Origin: Euprymna scolopes
Lineage: Eukaryota
Assembly (NCBI GenBank): GCA_053919585.1
Contig: CM132785.1
Length of the DNA: 64,000 bases
Direction: 5' to 3' (one strand)
Shown here: positions 15,486 through 30,400 of the stretch, piece after piece
How positions within the stretch are numbered: position 1 is the first letter of the stretch
Layout of the letters: every line of letters begins with the position of its first letter
Notes under the pieces: generated by a model
What the model saw: the letters and a program-made list of their open reading frames with translations, nothing else
What the model was told of the DNA's origin: nothing
Databases searched by the model: none
Translations under genes and position numbers: made by a program

Positions 15486-18400
15486 GATGAGAAAAAATAT
15501 GAGATATCGTATTTTAATAGGTTATTATCGAGTTTTTATTATTTAAAGATATAATATTTTTCTTTTAATTATTTGAGCATTTTATTTAAGAATCAACAGC
15601 AATATTTAACACAACACGAATATTTTTTTAATAAAATTATTTCTTTAATATAAGAAAATAGAATATTTTGAGAATGAAATACTATTAGATATTTTTGAAC
15701 AATTACATATATATATATTAAAGAAAAAATAATTCGAACCTGCATCTCCATGTTTCTTACTGAACAAACTGAATTTGGGACTTTTCAAATGAAAACTTGG
15801 AAACGACCATGATCCTGATAATCAAAGTTATTGTATATTTAAAAGAATGGAAAACACGGGTAAATAATTATTTTATTTTTATAATATTAATATAGATATT
15901 TCATAATGAAGGGAGATTATTTATTTATTGAATTTTATATATTTTTTTTGTGATGAAAAAAATGGAAATCATGATGAAATAGATTTTAATGAAACGGTAA
16001 GTTATCACTTTTTACCAATTACAAATATTATTCATTTATTTTTGCAATAGAGAAAGTACAATTTATTCATGTGTTTTAAAATATTGTACGTGTAATATGT
16101 CTCAATAATATTTAAATAGAAAATCAGATTATAACATATTTATAAACGCGGTACCCTTATATAACCATATATAATCACTGAAAATAAATTAAACAAACCT
16201 CTGTCACTATCTTCTAGAGAATCCAGATGGATTCTGGCTGCTTTAATATCGGGTATAAGTTCCGGGTATCCAGAACTTACACATTGAGCAATCACTTTAT
16301 CAAGAAGGTGTGGATCATTTTTCTTCATAGCGCCATCTAGTTTCAAGCGGAGTTCATCTACACTGAGTTTTCCTGACAAACAAAACGAGCAAAAACTTAT
16401 CAAGCATCTATATTCTTGATAAATCAAAGGATGTACCCGAATCATTAATCTTTACGTAAACCCGAATTGATGAATTAGGTTAATAAAGTTTATTTCTAGT
16501 AAACATTCTGATTAAATAGTGAAAATATTATGATAGATTATATATAAATATTCAACGTAAAACACGGGTAATTCATTTGAGAGAAAGGGAAAATAAACAG
16601 AACAAATACGTTATATCTATTAAACTAACCTCCACGTCCAAAGCCCAATCCGTCCAGTGTGGTTCTGGCGTTATGGAGATCGAGAGAAAGTTCCGGAAAA
16701 CCAGCTTCCTCACATTCAATGATGGCATTCTCTAAGTCAACTTTGTTTTTACTTTTGATTGCTGCTCTCAGTTTGGCTCGCAGTGCGTCTGGTGATTTCA
16801 ATTCTGATAAACGTAATAGTTTGCATTAAGTTATAATCATGTTAATAGGAAATTTTATTTATATAATTTTTAATAATTTTGTCGTTGGTCTATTCATCAT
16901 TTTCCATGAATATGTTTTATCATAAAAATATATATTTGAGAATAGATGAATTTATTCTTAAAACATATTAAATATTGTTATTACCAGAGAAATTAAATGC
17001 ATATAATATTTACGTATAAACATATATTTGTGCATATTGCACTCTTTATGATGAGTAATGCATTGAATTTTGTCAGGAATAAAATTTATTCTCTATGGAA
17101 GAAAAATTTACAGATTAACTTAGTTCTTAAATATCGTTCTCGTAAATAAAGTACGCGAAAATATTTTCTCAAATATTATGGAAGTTCAATTACTCTTAAA
17201 TAAAAGGTTAATTCTAACCTCCTTTTCCGCCTTCTAGTTTAAAGAGGGCTTGTCTGGCATCTTGAATGTCGGCATCCAGACCCGGGAAGCCGGCAGATAC
17301 ACTTCCTTTAATTGATGCATCGAGAGCCTTTTTGTCATTTGATTTGAAAGCGGCCCTCAGTCGTTCGCGTAAACCTTCGAGTGTAAAACCGCCTGGGAAT
17401 CGAAATTCAGTTCGTATTAAGACGATTTATATATTATCAAATGTAAAAAGATTTATATAGACAAAATTTAAATAGATAAACGTCGAAATTATTATGTTCA
17501 AATGTTTTGATCAATTAGTTCATGATAGTATATTTTAATTTACGATATCATACTAATAATGTCAAATAACTGTGTTCCATTTAAAGTACTGTGTTAACTA
17601 GTAACATTTAGAGAAATTTCAAAGTGATTTCTAACCTCCAAATCCGCCGCCAAGTTCTTTGAGTGCAAGTCTCGCATCCCGGAGATCATATGACAGTTCT
17701 GGATATTGGGCTTCTTCGGCGATCGAAATAAGTTTTTCTAATTTTGGTTTGTCTTTGTTCTTTATAGCTAACTGCAGTTGTGCACGCAGTTTCTCCGGTG
17801 TCAGGTCATCAAGAGAAATATCTACATAAATCATGTATCGTTGTCTTAGTACATATTTCAATTCATCGGAAAATTATATTCAAATTACGAAAGAATATTG
17901 CACATTTTATGTAGGAAATTTTTTATTTGAATAAAATAAATATATACAAGCTTATTTTAAGTTATATATAGAGTTGATTTTTATTTTAATAGATTAGTAT
18001 TTCCATTTTAATAACTTGAAATTGTCATTTAGAATAAATAAGCGTAAACGCATTATAAACCCGTTATTAATGACATTATTTTCTTGAAACAAAGATGGAT
18101 TATTGTATACATTTAAAATAGTGCAATTATTTTACTTTAAAAAATAAATATATTTATTTTGAAAAATATAAAAAAAATATTCGAACCTGCATCTCCATGT
18201 TTCTTACTGAACAAACTGAACTTAGGACTTTTTAAATGGAAACTTGGAAAAGACCATGATCCTGATAAATTGAGAATAATAATATTTCAGAGATGTAATA
18301 CAAATATTCTAAGGTTAAGTTTTTACAATTTGTTTTAATAACATTAACTCATATAAATGCTGTCATAATTATGAAAGAATTTTCTAAATATATTTTACGT

Positions 18401-21400
18401 ATTTGCTAAAAAATAATATTCATATATAATATATTTTTTTAAAAGCTACATTTTTATAGTATTACCAATTACAAACATTATTTATTTGTATTTGCAACGA
18501 GAATACTAATTTGTCTATTCGTTAAAGAATACCTTATAATATGTAATAAACATATCCATTGCAACAATCGAATCATAAAATGCTTATATTAAACGTTATC
18601 TTTTTATAACTGTGAATGATCACTGAAGAAACATTAAACAAACCTCTGTCACTATCTGCAAGGGAATCCAGATGGATTCTAGCCGCTTTGATATCGGGTA
18701 AAAGTTCCGGATATCCGGAACTGACACATTGGGCTATCACTTTATCGAGAAGGTGTGGGTCATTCTTCTTCATTGCACCGTCTAGTTTCAAGCGTAGTTG
18801 ATCTACGGTAAGTTTTCCTGACAAACAAAACAACCAATAACAAATGCATTATCTAGATCTAACTAAGCGATGCAACATTAATAGATAACTTTAAATAAAT
18901 TTGTTTAATTCGATTAAATTCTTAAAGTTTAACTTGAATAAATGTGATGCGTGGAATATCAGACATAATAATTATGTTTCTGCTTTAATTTCATCATTTT
19001 TATATTTACCCCCGAAAGATTCGTATATCTTTCTTCAATTAGCATATTTTTAATATTTTCCTAGATTACGCTTAATTATAATGTAATGATATATCATTCT
19101 TTCATGCTTTGTATATTATAACATTTTACCAAGAAATTATGTGATATGAATGTACATATATAGAAATTAACATTCCCAACATTTACAAATGTTTAACTCA
19201 TTTGACAGAGAGGGTGAAATAAAACGACGAAAATAAATGACGTATGATAAACTAACCTCCACGTCCAAAGCCTAATCCTTCCAGTGTACTTCTTGCGTGA
19301 TGTAGATCGAAAGAAAGTTCCGGAAAACCGGCTTCCTCACATGCAATGATGGCATTCTCTAAGTCAACTTTGTTCTTACTTTTGATTGCTGCCTTCAGTT
19401 GGGCTCGAAGTGCGTCTGGAGATTTCAGTTCTGGTGGACGTAATGATTTATATAAATTTATATTTATTTTCACTTGGAGGATTAAATTTAATATTTTCTA
19501 ATAATATTAACTTTTTATTAAGAAACATTATACTAAGAATACGATATGTTATTAATATAAATATTACATAATAAATTGGATTATTTATTCTTAAAGCATA
19601 GTAACTACTTTTAATTACGACAGAAAATTAAATATTATATTTACACATGAAAAAAATATTAGTGCATATTGCACATTTTATATAAATCGTTACATTACAT
19701 GATATCAATAAATAAATTTATCTTCCAAGGACAAAGTATCTACGAATTTACTCAGTTCATAAAATGCTATTAACGAATAAATAATAAAATGAAATAGATA
19801 TAAAAATAAAACTATATGTTATTATAATATCGCATTTCTAACCTCCTTTTCCGCCTTCTAATTTAAAGAGGACTTGTCTAGCTTCTTGGATATCGGCATC
19901 GAGACCAGGAAAACCGGCAGATACACTTCCCTTAATGGTTGCGTCTAGAGCCTTTTTGTCATTTGATTTGAATGCCGCCCTCAGTCGTTCGCGCAGACCC
20001 TCCAATGAAAACCCGCCTGGGAATCGAAAGTTAATGCATATTCAAAGAATTTATATATTTTTAACGTATATGTGTAAAATGTTTAATATGGAATAAATTT
20101 AAGCAGACAACAGTAATGAATAAAGAAATTAATATTAAAGTTTAATATTTACAGAAATATGTTCATGATACTATAATATAATTTAGAATATCAATCCAAT
20201 TATGTAAAATAATGACGTAGCAGGTAAATTACTAAGTAAAAATGTAATAGTTTAAGAATCAATTGTTTAAAATGATTTCTAACCTCCAAATCCGCCTCCA
20301 AGTTCTTTGAGTGCAAGTCTCGCATCCCGGAGATCATATGACAGTTCTGGATATTGGGCTTCTTCAGCAATCGAAATAAGTTTTTCTAATTTTGGTTTGT
20401 CTTTGTTCTTTATGGCTAACTGCAGTTGGGCGCGCAGTTTCTCTGGTGTCAGGTCATCAAGAGAAAGATCTACATAAAACCACATGTAACATTGTCTTAG
20501 CTCAAATTCTGTATCTATCGCACGTATAACTTAAAATTGTAAACATATTTTGGACATCATATATTTACGAAATATATAATATAAATGGAAGGAAAATATT
20601 AACCATCATTGTTTTTTATTTATTATGGATTATTTTAAATGTATTTAGAAAAATAATATTTTCATTTGAATAATTTGAGGATTATATTTAAAATGAGTCA
20701 TCTTTAATGTATTAACTATTATACAAATTATTTCGTTGATAAAAGTTAAATAAATTAGTATAAGGTATTATTATTATTATATACTGAATTGGACGTTTGT
20801 AGCTTTGATTTAAACAGAACATCAGGTAAAGTATGTAATTTTCTTAAATAAATTAAAAAATCGAACCTGCATCTCCATGTTTCTTACTGAACAAACTAAA
20901 CTTGGGAGCTTTGAAATGGAAACCTGGGAACGACCATGATCCTGATAATAAAAATTATAAATAATTCAACAAGGTTATAAAAACCAAATATTTGGTTTAT
21001 ATAGATGTTGTCTTTTAATAAAACTAGCTAAAATATAATGATGTATATTTTTATAATAATGTCGAGGTGTAGAAGAGTTTTAACAAGTGTTATTTTGTGT
21101 TTTATTGAAAGTAATAATGCAATAAATAAGTTCGATAAATGTGGTAAATTTGCGCTCACTTTTCAATTAAAAAATATAATATTAATACCGCAACAGTAAA
21201 GTTTAATTATACATATATTTTAATCATATTTAAACAACAAAAAACGACTGATGTAGAAGTTATAACGTTTTTTTATTTGCTAATAATCACGGAATAAGAA
21301 TTGAACAAACCTCCGTCAGTATCATCAAGAGACTCTAGATGTATTCTGGCCGCTTTAATATCGGGTATAAGTTCCGGGTATCCAGAACTAACACATTGAG

Positions 21401-24400
21401 CTATCACTTTATCAAGAAGGTGTGGATCATTTTTCTTCATAGCGCCATCTAGTTTCAAGCGGAGTTCATCTACACTGAGTTTTCCTGGCAAACGAAACGA
21501 TTACTTACGATATTATTTCTATTCTAGTAAAATGATGGATAAAGTGGGAAATTAAATTATAAAGTTTTACGTAGATATTTAAAATTATCATTTAATCAAT
21601 TTATTAAATTTTCATTTGAGTAAATCTGATACGTTCGACGAAGAGATTAATAAGTTTGTTTTTTTTTGTTAAGCCTATATGCACCAATTTCATCCAGATA
21701 TTGTGCCAAAACGATATATTTTAAATCGGGATTTTATCAATTAATCACTAATTGTATTTTTGGATATAATGCATTATTATAACATAATGATATATGAATG
21801 TTTCCACATATTTCTTGTGTGCCATATTAAAAAAATATTAAACTATATGAAAATTTCTAATTCAATATAAACAATACCCATTACTGGTTAACTCAATTAA
21901 CAGAAAGGGATCGATAATGATTTGGACAACAAATGGTATCTAATGAACAAACCTCCACGTCCAAAGCCCAATCCGTCCAGTGTGTTTCTGGCGTTATGGA
22001 GGTCGAGAGAAAGTTCTGGAAAACCAGCTTCCTCACATTCGATGATGGCATTCTCTAAGTCAACTTTGTTCTTACTCTTGATTGCTGCTTTTAGTTGTGC
22101 CCGAAGTGCGTCTGGAGATTTCAATTCTGATGAACATAATAATTTATACAATACTATATTTATTTTCATCCAAAATTCATATCAATGCATGAAATTATTT
22201 TACTTTTGTCGATGGAATTAGTTTTCATTTAAAATATATTAAATATTTTTATAATCTATTAATTATATACACATTTGTAAATTTATATATAAACATGCAA
22301 TAATGTCTATAATACATTTTATTTGATTAAGCTTATAAAATTATAACACAAATTAAATTTATTTTCCAGAGGAATTCGTTTCAATGTTTAATCATTTTAA
22401 AATGTTGCTTGCGAATTTATCACATGAGAAAAATTAATTCAAAATTTAGAAAATTATTTAATAAATGTTATAGTAAAGCCTAAGTGCTAACCTCCTTTTC
22501 CGCCTTCTAATTTAAAGAGGGCTTGTCTAGCTTCTTGGATGTCAGCATCGAGACCAGGGAATCCGGCAGATACACTTCCCTTAATAGTTGCATCTAGAGC
22601 CTTTTTGTCGTTTGATTTGAAAGCGGCCTTCAGTCGTTCGCGCAGACCTTCCAGTGTAAAACCGCCTGGGAATCGAGAGTTAATGCGTATTCAGCTGATT
22701 TACACATTATTGAATGTGGACGTATGGAGATATCATATATTATAGAATTCAATAAATTAAAATAATGAAGTTAGAATTCAATTTGTTTTGATATTACATA
22801 ACAAGGTTGATGATAATATATTAAACTTTACATCAAACAAATTATGTCAACTTACTGTGCGCAATTTTAAGTACTTGATTAAATTGTAATAGTGAAAAAA
22901 ATGATTTATTTCAAGTATTATCTAACCTCCAAATCCGCCTCCAAGTTCTTTGAGGGCAAGTCTCGCATCCCGGAGATCATATGACAGCTCTGGATATTGG
23001 GCTTCTTCGGCAATCGAAATTAATTTTTCTAATTTTGGTTTGTCTTTGTTCTTTATGGCTAACTGCAGTTGTGCACGCAGTTTCTCTGGTGTCAGGTCAT
23101 CAAGAGAAAGATCTACATAAAATCATAATTGTAACATTGTTTGAGTACATATCTGTTTTTTTATATTAGAAATATTATAAAGCTCATATAGAGATTTAAA
23201 TCATTATGACAATGATAGAAAATATTTTGTTATTTGTTAGTTGATTCTCTGCTGACTTAGAGACATGGCGCCTATGATCTTAGTCATTAAATAATTTCAT
23301 AATTTCATTATTAATACTAAAACATTATTATTACATTTACTGGTAAATTATTTCGTTGTTAAAAGGAAATATAGTATATATTATATTGAAAAAAATATAT
23401 TTGATTTTATGCTTTAGTGTTAACTCGAAGGCAGTTTATTACATTTTGTGTTCAAAGAAAAATAGAGTATTCGCACCTGCATCTCCATGTTTCTTACTGA
23501 ACAAACTGAACTTTGGAGCCTTGAAATGCAAACGTGGGAATGACCATGATCCTGATAATCAAAGGTATTAAAATTTTAAACATGTAATAAAAGGGAGTTT
23601 CCGTTTAAATCAGTGTTCTCTTTTAATAAAACTAAAAACTATATACATATATATATATTTATATATATGTATATATGTATATACATATGTATATATATAA
23701 TGATAATGAATAACTATAACTGATTACGAATTACTTTCATGAATATGCTACTACGTTCGACCAATAAAAAATTCATATATATATAATTTTAAAAATTTCA
23801 CTTCCCAATTACAAATGTTCTTTTAATTATATTGCGACAATGCAGTTTAAATTTTACGTGTATTTTAATAAAGTTTATAAAAATATAATAACCTTTAATT
23901 ATAATCAATCTATGAATGAATTAAAAACGGTAAATTTGCAATGTTTTTGTAACTGCAAATAATCAGGAAATAAGAATTAAACAAACCTTCGTCAGAATCT
24001 TCCAGAGAATCCAAATGGATTCTAGCCGCTTTGATATCAGGTATAAGTTCCGGGTATCCGGAACTGACACATTGGGCAATCACCTTATCAAGAAAGTGTG
24101 GATCATTTTTCTTCATGGCGCCGTCTAATTTGAGGCGAAGTTGATCTACACTGAGTTTTCCTGACAAACGAAATGATCAATGACAAGTATTGTTTCTATA
24201 TTCTATTAAGATAAACTATATAACATAAATATAAAACATAACGTAAATCTATATTTTTTTATTTGAACAATGATATAATTGTATTTATAATAAATATAAA
24301 TCGTTCGAACAAATATAGTTGTTATCTATTGCTATTAATCTTATAATTCATTATATTGTTTATATTTAATAATTTTATATTGCCGTTTGTTTGAAAAATA

Positions 24401-27400
24401 AATATTTATTTATTTGTACGTAATTAAACGCCGTTATATTTTGATGGATGATGCATTGCTATAATACATGGATATATTATAATGAAAGGGTTTTACATTT
24501 GTTAAAATTTTTACATAAGTCATATTCACAGAAATTTGATAGGAGAGTCACTATGTAATAGTTTACTGAGAGGACTCGAATTAAGTCAGTAGGAAAGAGA
24601 AAATAAATAATACACAATAAACTAACCTCCACGTCCAAAGCCTAATCCGTCCAGTGTGTTTCTGGCGTTATGGAGGTCGAGAGAAAGTTCCGGAAAACCA
24701 GCTTCCTCACATTCAATGATGGCATTTTCTAAATCAACTTTGTTCTTACTTTTGATTGCTGCCTTCAGTTTGGCTCGAAGTGCGTCTGGAGATTTCAATT
24801 CTGATGAACGTAATAGTTAGTATGAAATTATATTTCTTTTCATAAAAATATATTGAATATGTCTTAATAATTTAACTTTTGTTTATGAAAAATATTTTCA
24901 ATAAAATTTGTTATAAAATTTAGATGTTGATAATGAATGGATATATTTATGCCTAAAACAAATTAAACATACTTATTATTACATCAAATTTGCATATGTT
25001 TGTATATGTATATATGGACTATATTAGTGCCTATTACACTCTTTATATTGATGCAACTATTAAATTTCAAAAATAATTAATTTTATTTTCGACGAATGAG
25101 TCTATTAAAAAAATTATAATTTTTATCGGATGAAAGATAATAAATTACATATTTATGTTATTGAATAAGTATTATATTTAAACTTCAGTTCTAACCTCCT
25201 TTTCCGCCTTCCAATTTAAAGAGGGCTTGTCTGGCATCTTGAATGTCAGCATCGAGACCCGGGAAGCCGGCAGATACACTTCCTTTAATTGTTGCATCGA
25301 GAGCCTTTTTGTCATTTGATTTGAAAGCAGCCCTCAGACGTTCGCGCAGGCCTTCCAGTGTAAAACCGCCTGAGAATCGAAAACCAACTGGTATTAAGAC
25401 GATTTATATATTATTAAATGTACAATACTTTAATATAGAAAGAATTTAAATAGATGAACCTAGAAAATAATATGTCCAAATGTTTAGAAAAATAAGTCTA
25501 TGATATTATATTTAGTTTGGGATATCAGTCGTTCTCGCGGGTTTTCTAGTGTAAAATATCTTAAGATTCAAAATTCAATGCGTATTCAGATGATATAAAT
25601 ATTAGTAAATAGATATATATTAAGTTTTTATATAAAGAAATTAACCGAGAATATAAAGTTAGGAATTGATATATTCTTATATTTTAAAGAAATATGTTCA
25701 TGAGTGTATATTTTAATTTACAATATCAAAAAAATGTTGTCAAATGATTGTCTGCAATTTAATATACTTAGTTACATTGTCATAATTGACGAATTAATTA
25801 TATGGTATATTCTAACCTCCAAATCCGCCTCCCAGTTCTTTGAGGGCAAATCTGGCATCTCGGAGATCATAGGATAGTTCTGGATATTGGGCTCTTTCGG
25901 CAAGCTCAATAAGTTTTTCTAATTTGGGTCTGTCTTTGTTCTTTATGGCTAACTGCAGTTGTGCGCGCAGTTTCTCTGGTGTCAGGTCATCAAGAGAAAG
26001 ATCTACAGAAAATCATTTAACATTGCCTTAGTACATGTTCTTGATTAATTGCAATAATATGAAAAAATTAGAAACAATGTTTAATGGAATTATATATATA
26101 TACTTTATATCATATATGTAAATTGTAAATATCATGACATATGTCATGTTTTTAAATAATTTCGTATTTATTTTGAGATATATCTCTATTGGTATTATTA
26201 ACTTAAATATTTCATTTATAATGTGTAGTTGTTTATACAATACGGTAAAATTGTTAATCAAATTACATTGTTGATTAAAGAATATAAATCATCAAAGATA
26301 TGAAAATATATTTGATTTGTTTAATTAGTGGACAGTGAATACAATTAGCACATCTTTTAAAGAAAAATAAGTTAAGTATTCGAACCTGCATCTCCATGTT
26401 TCTTACTGAATAAACTGAACTTAGGAGCCTTGAAATTCAAACGTGGGAACGACCATGATCCTGAATCAAAGTTATAATTATTTTAATTGTAATAAAACAC
26501 GCATTTTTTAAAATCGATGTTGTGTTTAAAAGAATTTACTAAAAATAATGGATAGGTTAATGACAATGTCTACCTGAAATTTATTAAGACCCATTTTTAC
26601 CAATGCGATTTCTATACTTGATTAATAAGTAAATATAAGATATAATAAAAACAGAAAATTATATCACACTTCTTCATTACAAATGTTGTTGAGTAATATT
26701 TGCGATAATAAAATAATAATGAGATGAGCGTATGTATATTTTATGTAAATATAATAAATTGTAATTATATTAAAACGGTCGACTTAAAAACGATTAATTA
26801 ATTTTCAACATTTTTATAACAGTTAATAATCACGAAATAAGAATTAGACAAACCTTCATCACTGTCTTCCAGAGAATCCAGATGGATTCTGGCCGCTTTA
26901 ATATCGGGTAAAAGTTCTGGATATCCAGAACTGACACATTGTGCTATTACTTTATCAAGAAGGTGTGGATCGTTCTTTTTCATAGCACCATCTAATTTGA
27001 GGCGAAGTTGATCAACACTCAGCTTTCCTGATAAACAAAACGGCGAGTAACTGATATATTATTTATACCCCGAAGGATTAAATATACAACAGATTGGGAC
27101 AGACAAAATTATTATTATTCTGAAACTGTGGACTTCTTACCCAAGAAATTTATTAAAGTTTTACTCGAGTAAATGTAATGTGTTTGACGAGACATAATTA
27201 TTTTTAATTACTGTTAAACTATTATGCATTATATACATTAAAATCATCATAATATTATTATAAATGACATAATTATATATTTTCATTTAATTAAATGCGT
27301 TTATTTTATTTTCATGTTATACTTTAATGCGTTTATTTTATTTTCATGTTATACTTTAATGTAATTAAATAGGATAGGATATATTCAGCATTTTGTTTTT

Positions 27401-30400
27401 GAGACAATATTTTATAAAGTTAAATTATTAATTTATTAATTATTTTATTAATAAATTTATACGTGCAACACTCCTTTATTTTATACTGAGTTAATGCTAA
27501 TTGGGAGATAACGATAAAGATAATAAATGACGTCTAATTAACTAACCTCCACGTCCAAAGCCTAATCCTTCCAATGTGCTTCTTGCGTGATGCAGATCGA
27601 AAGAAAGTTCCGGAAAACCGGCTTCCTCACATGCAATGATGGCATTCTCTAAGTCAACTTTGTTCTTACTTTTGATTGCTGCCTTCAGTTGGGCTCGAAG
27701 TGCGTCTGGAGATTTCAATTCTGACGAATGTAATAATTGTACGAAATTATATTTATTTTCATTGAAAAATTAAATATATTTTCATTAATTCTATTTATTT
27801 ATAAAATATATGTTCCATAAATAGAATGTTACATTAAATAAATATAAGTAAAAATAACTCGGTTTATTAATGCTAAATGAATAGTAAATGTAGTTTTTTA
27901 AAACTGTAATTGTATACATATTTACACACAATATAAATATATATTTTTAAAACTGTAATTGTATGCATATTTACACACAATATAATACATTATAATACAC
28001 AAATTAGAAACTTTTACCCCCCCCCACACACAAACAACAAACGTCATTTATAAATTGAATAATTTCAAAATATCATTGACACAATTCTAACGAGATAGAT
28101 AATAAAATAATATTTATTTGTTATTAAATTAGTGTTATTTTAAAGAACAATTCTAACCTCCTTTTCCGCCTTCTAATTTAAAGAGGGCTTGTCTGGCTTC
28201 TTGGATGTCGGCATCGATACCTGGAAAGCCGGCAGATACACTTCCTTTAATAGTTGCATCGAGAGCTTTTTTGTCATTTGATTTGAAGGCAGCCTTCAGT
28301 CGATCGCGTAGGCCTTCTAGTGTAAAACCGCCTGGGAATCGAAAGTTAATGCGTATACAGATGTTTTGCATATTGATTCAGATTAATATATATTAATATA
28401 TCAAAGATGTAATATATTATAAAATTACTTGGATGAATAACGAAAGTAAGAATTTATTATTTTTTAATAATAAAAACTATATTGATGATCATATATTGAA
28501 ATTTACGATATCAAACAGATTACTTGAAATTACTGTGTACCATTTAAAGTACTTGATGAAATTTTAATAGTTAGAAGATAAATTATATGGTATGTTCTAA
28601 CCTCCAAATCCGCCTCCCAATTCTTTGAGGGCAAGTCTGGCATCCCGGAGATCATATGACAGTTCTGGATATTGCGCTTGTTCGGCAAGCTCAATAAGTT
28701 TTTCTAATTTGGGTCTGTCTTTGTTCTTTATGGCTAACTGCAGTTGAGCACGCAGTTTCTCTGGTGTCAAGTCATCAAGAGAAAGATCTATATAAAATCA
28801 TATATGCAAGATTGTCTTAGTTCATATCTCTGATATATTTCACTCATATATTTATTAAAAAACAATGTTTAATTCTATTATACTTATAAATAAAGTATCC
28901 AATTTAAACTGAATAAAACACAGAATGCTTATTTTATTTAATCATACATTATTTCATTTAGAAATATAGCTCTTTTCATTTGACTAATGTTAAGAGCTTT
29001 TTTGAAAAATTACATTTTGATAGAATATTAATAAATTTTGATCAAACATATTTGGTAACAGATTAATCCTGATAGATATCCTGAGAATCTTTCAAGTTAT
29101 ATAAGTATTATTTTAAAACAATTGAGACTATTTTAAAAGAAAATAAATAAAATATTCGAACCTGCATCTCCATGTTTCTTACTGAACAAACTGAACTTAG
29201 GAGCTTTGAAATGGAAACTTGGGAACGACCATGATCCTGATATGCAAAATTATAAATATTTCAGATATGTTTTGAAAATAACTTTTATATTTAAAATCGG
29301 TGTTGTATTTTAATTACACTAAGTAAAATAATATATTACATATATTAATGAAAACAGCTTACTGTTGTTTACTAGAACAGAATCTTATGGACATCCAGTT
29401 TTTTGTGTTTAAAATGCAATTATTATGTACAGATCTTTGAAAGACTTAGTAAAACCATTATATTTTATTATTAATAAATGTTATTTAAATCGCATTTGCG
29501 ACAGTAAATATATAATGCGTACACGTGTTACGGTATATTTTACAGGATACATTTTAAATATATTCAAATCTTTATTCGAATTGAAATGATTGTTAAAGTA
29601 TCTATAACTTAATATAATCACTAAAAATGCACAAGACTAACCTTCATCACTATCTTCCAGAGAATCCAGATGGATTCTAGCCGCTTTGATATCAGGTATA
29701 AGTTCCGGGTACCCAGAACTGACACATTGAGCTATCACTTTATCAAGAAGGTGGGGGTCATTTTTCTTTATAGCGCCGTCTAGTTTCAGACGAAGTTGAT
29801 CTACAGTCAGTTTTCCTGATGGACAAAACGATTAATAACTATATTATTACCTCTATTCCAGCAAGATGTAACAGAATGTGAAAACGTAATGAAAAAACAG
29901 ATTGTGAAAATGTAAGAATAAAAAGGGATTTCTTTTTATTTATGAGCTAAATAAATGTTTTTAATATCAAAATCATATTAAGCCCTATATTTTTATACGA
30001 TAGATAATTACATTTTAAAGAATAATTTGGAAGGAATTCACATGACAATAAAAAAAAATCCGATCTAAAGATTTGATCTGAGTAAATGTCATGCATTCGA
30101 ACAGACACATTAATTAGTTAAATTTATATGCATTCTACGCAAACAATAATTTCTTAAATATGCATATAATTGGACTTCATTAATCACGACTGCTGTGTTT
30201 TAATGTATTATCATTGCAATTATTTAATGATAAATAATATGGTATATTTTTGACGTATTTTTTGTACAATATCTTAGAAATATACGTAATATTTACAATT
30301 AAAAATTAGACATAAGAAACACTCAGTAGGTTATTTGACAGAAAAGGATAACGATAGAAAGAAAGAATATTATCTGATGAACTAACCTCCACGTCCGAAT

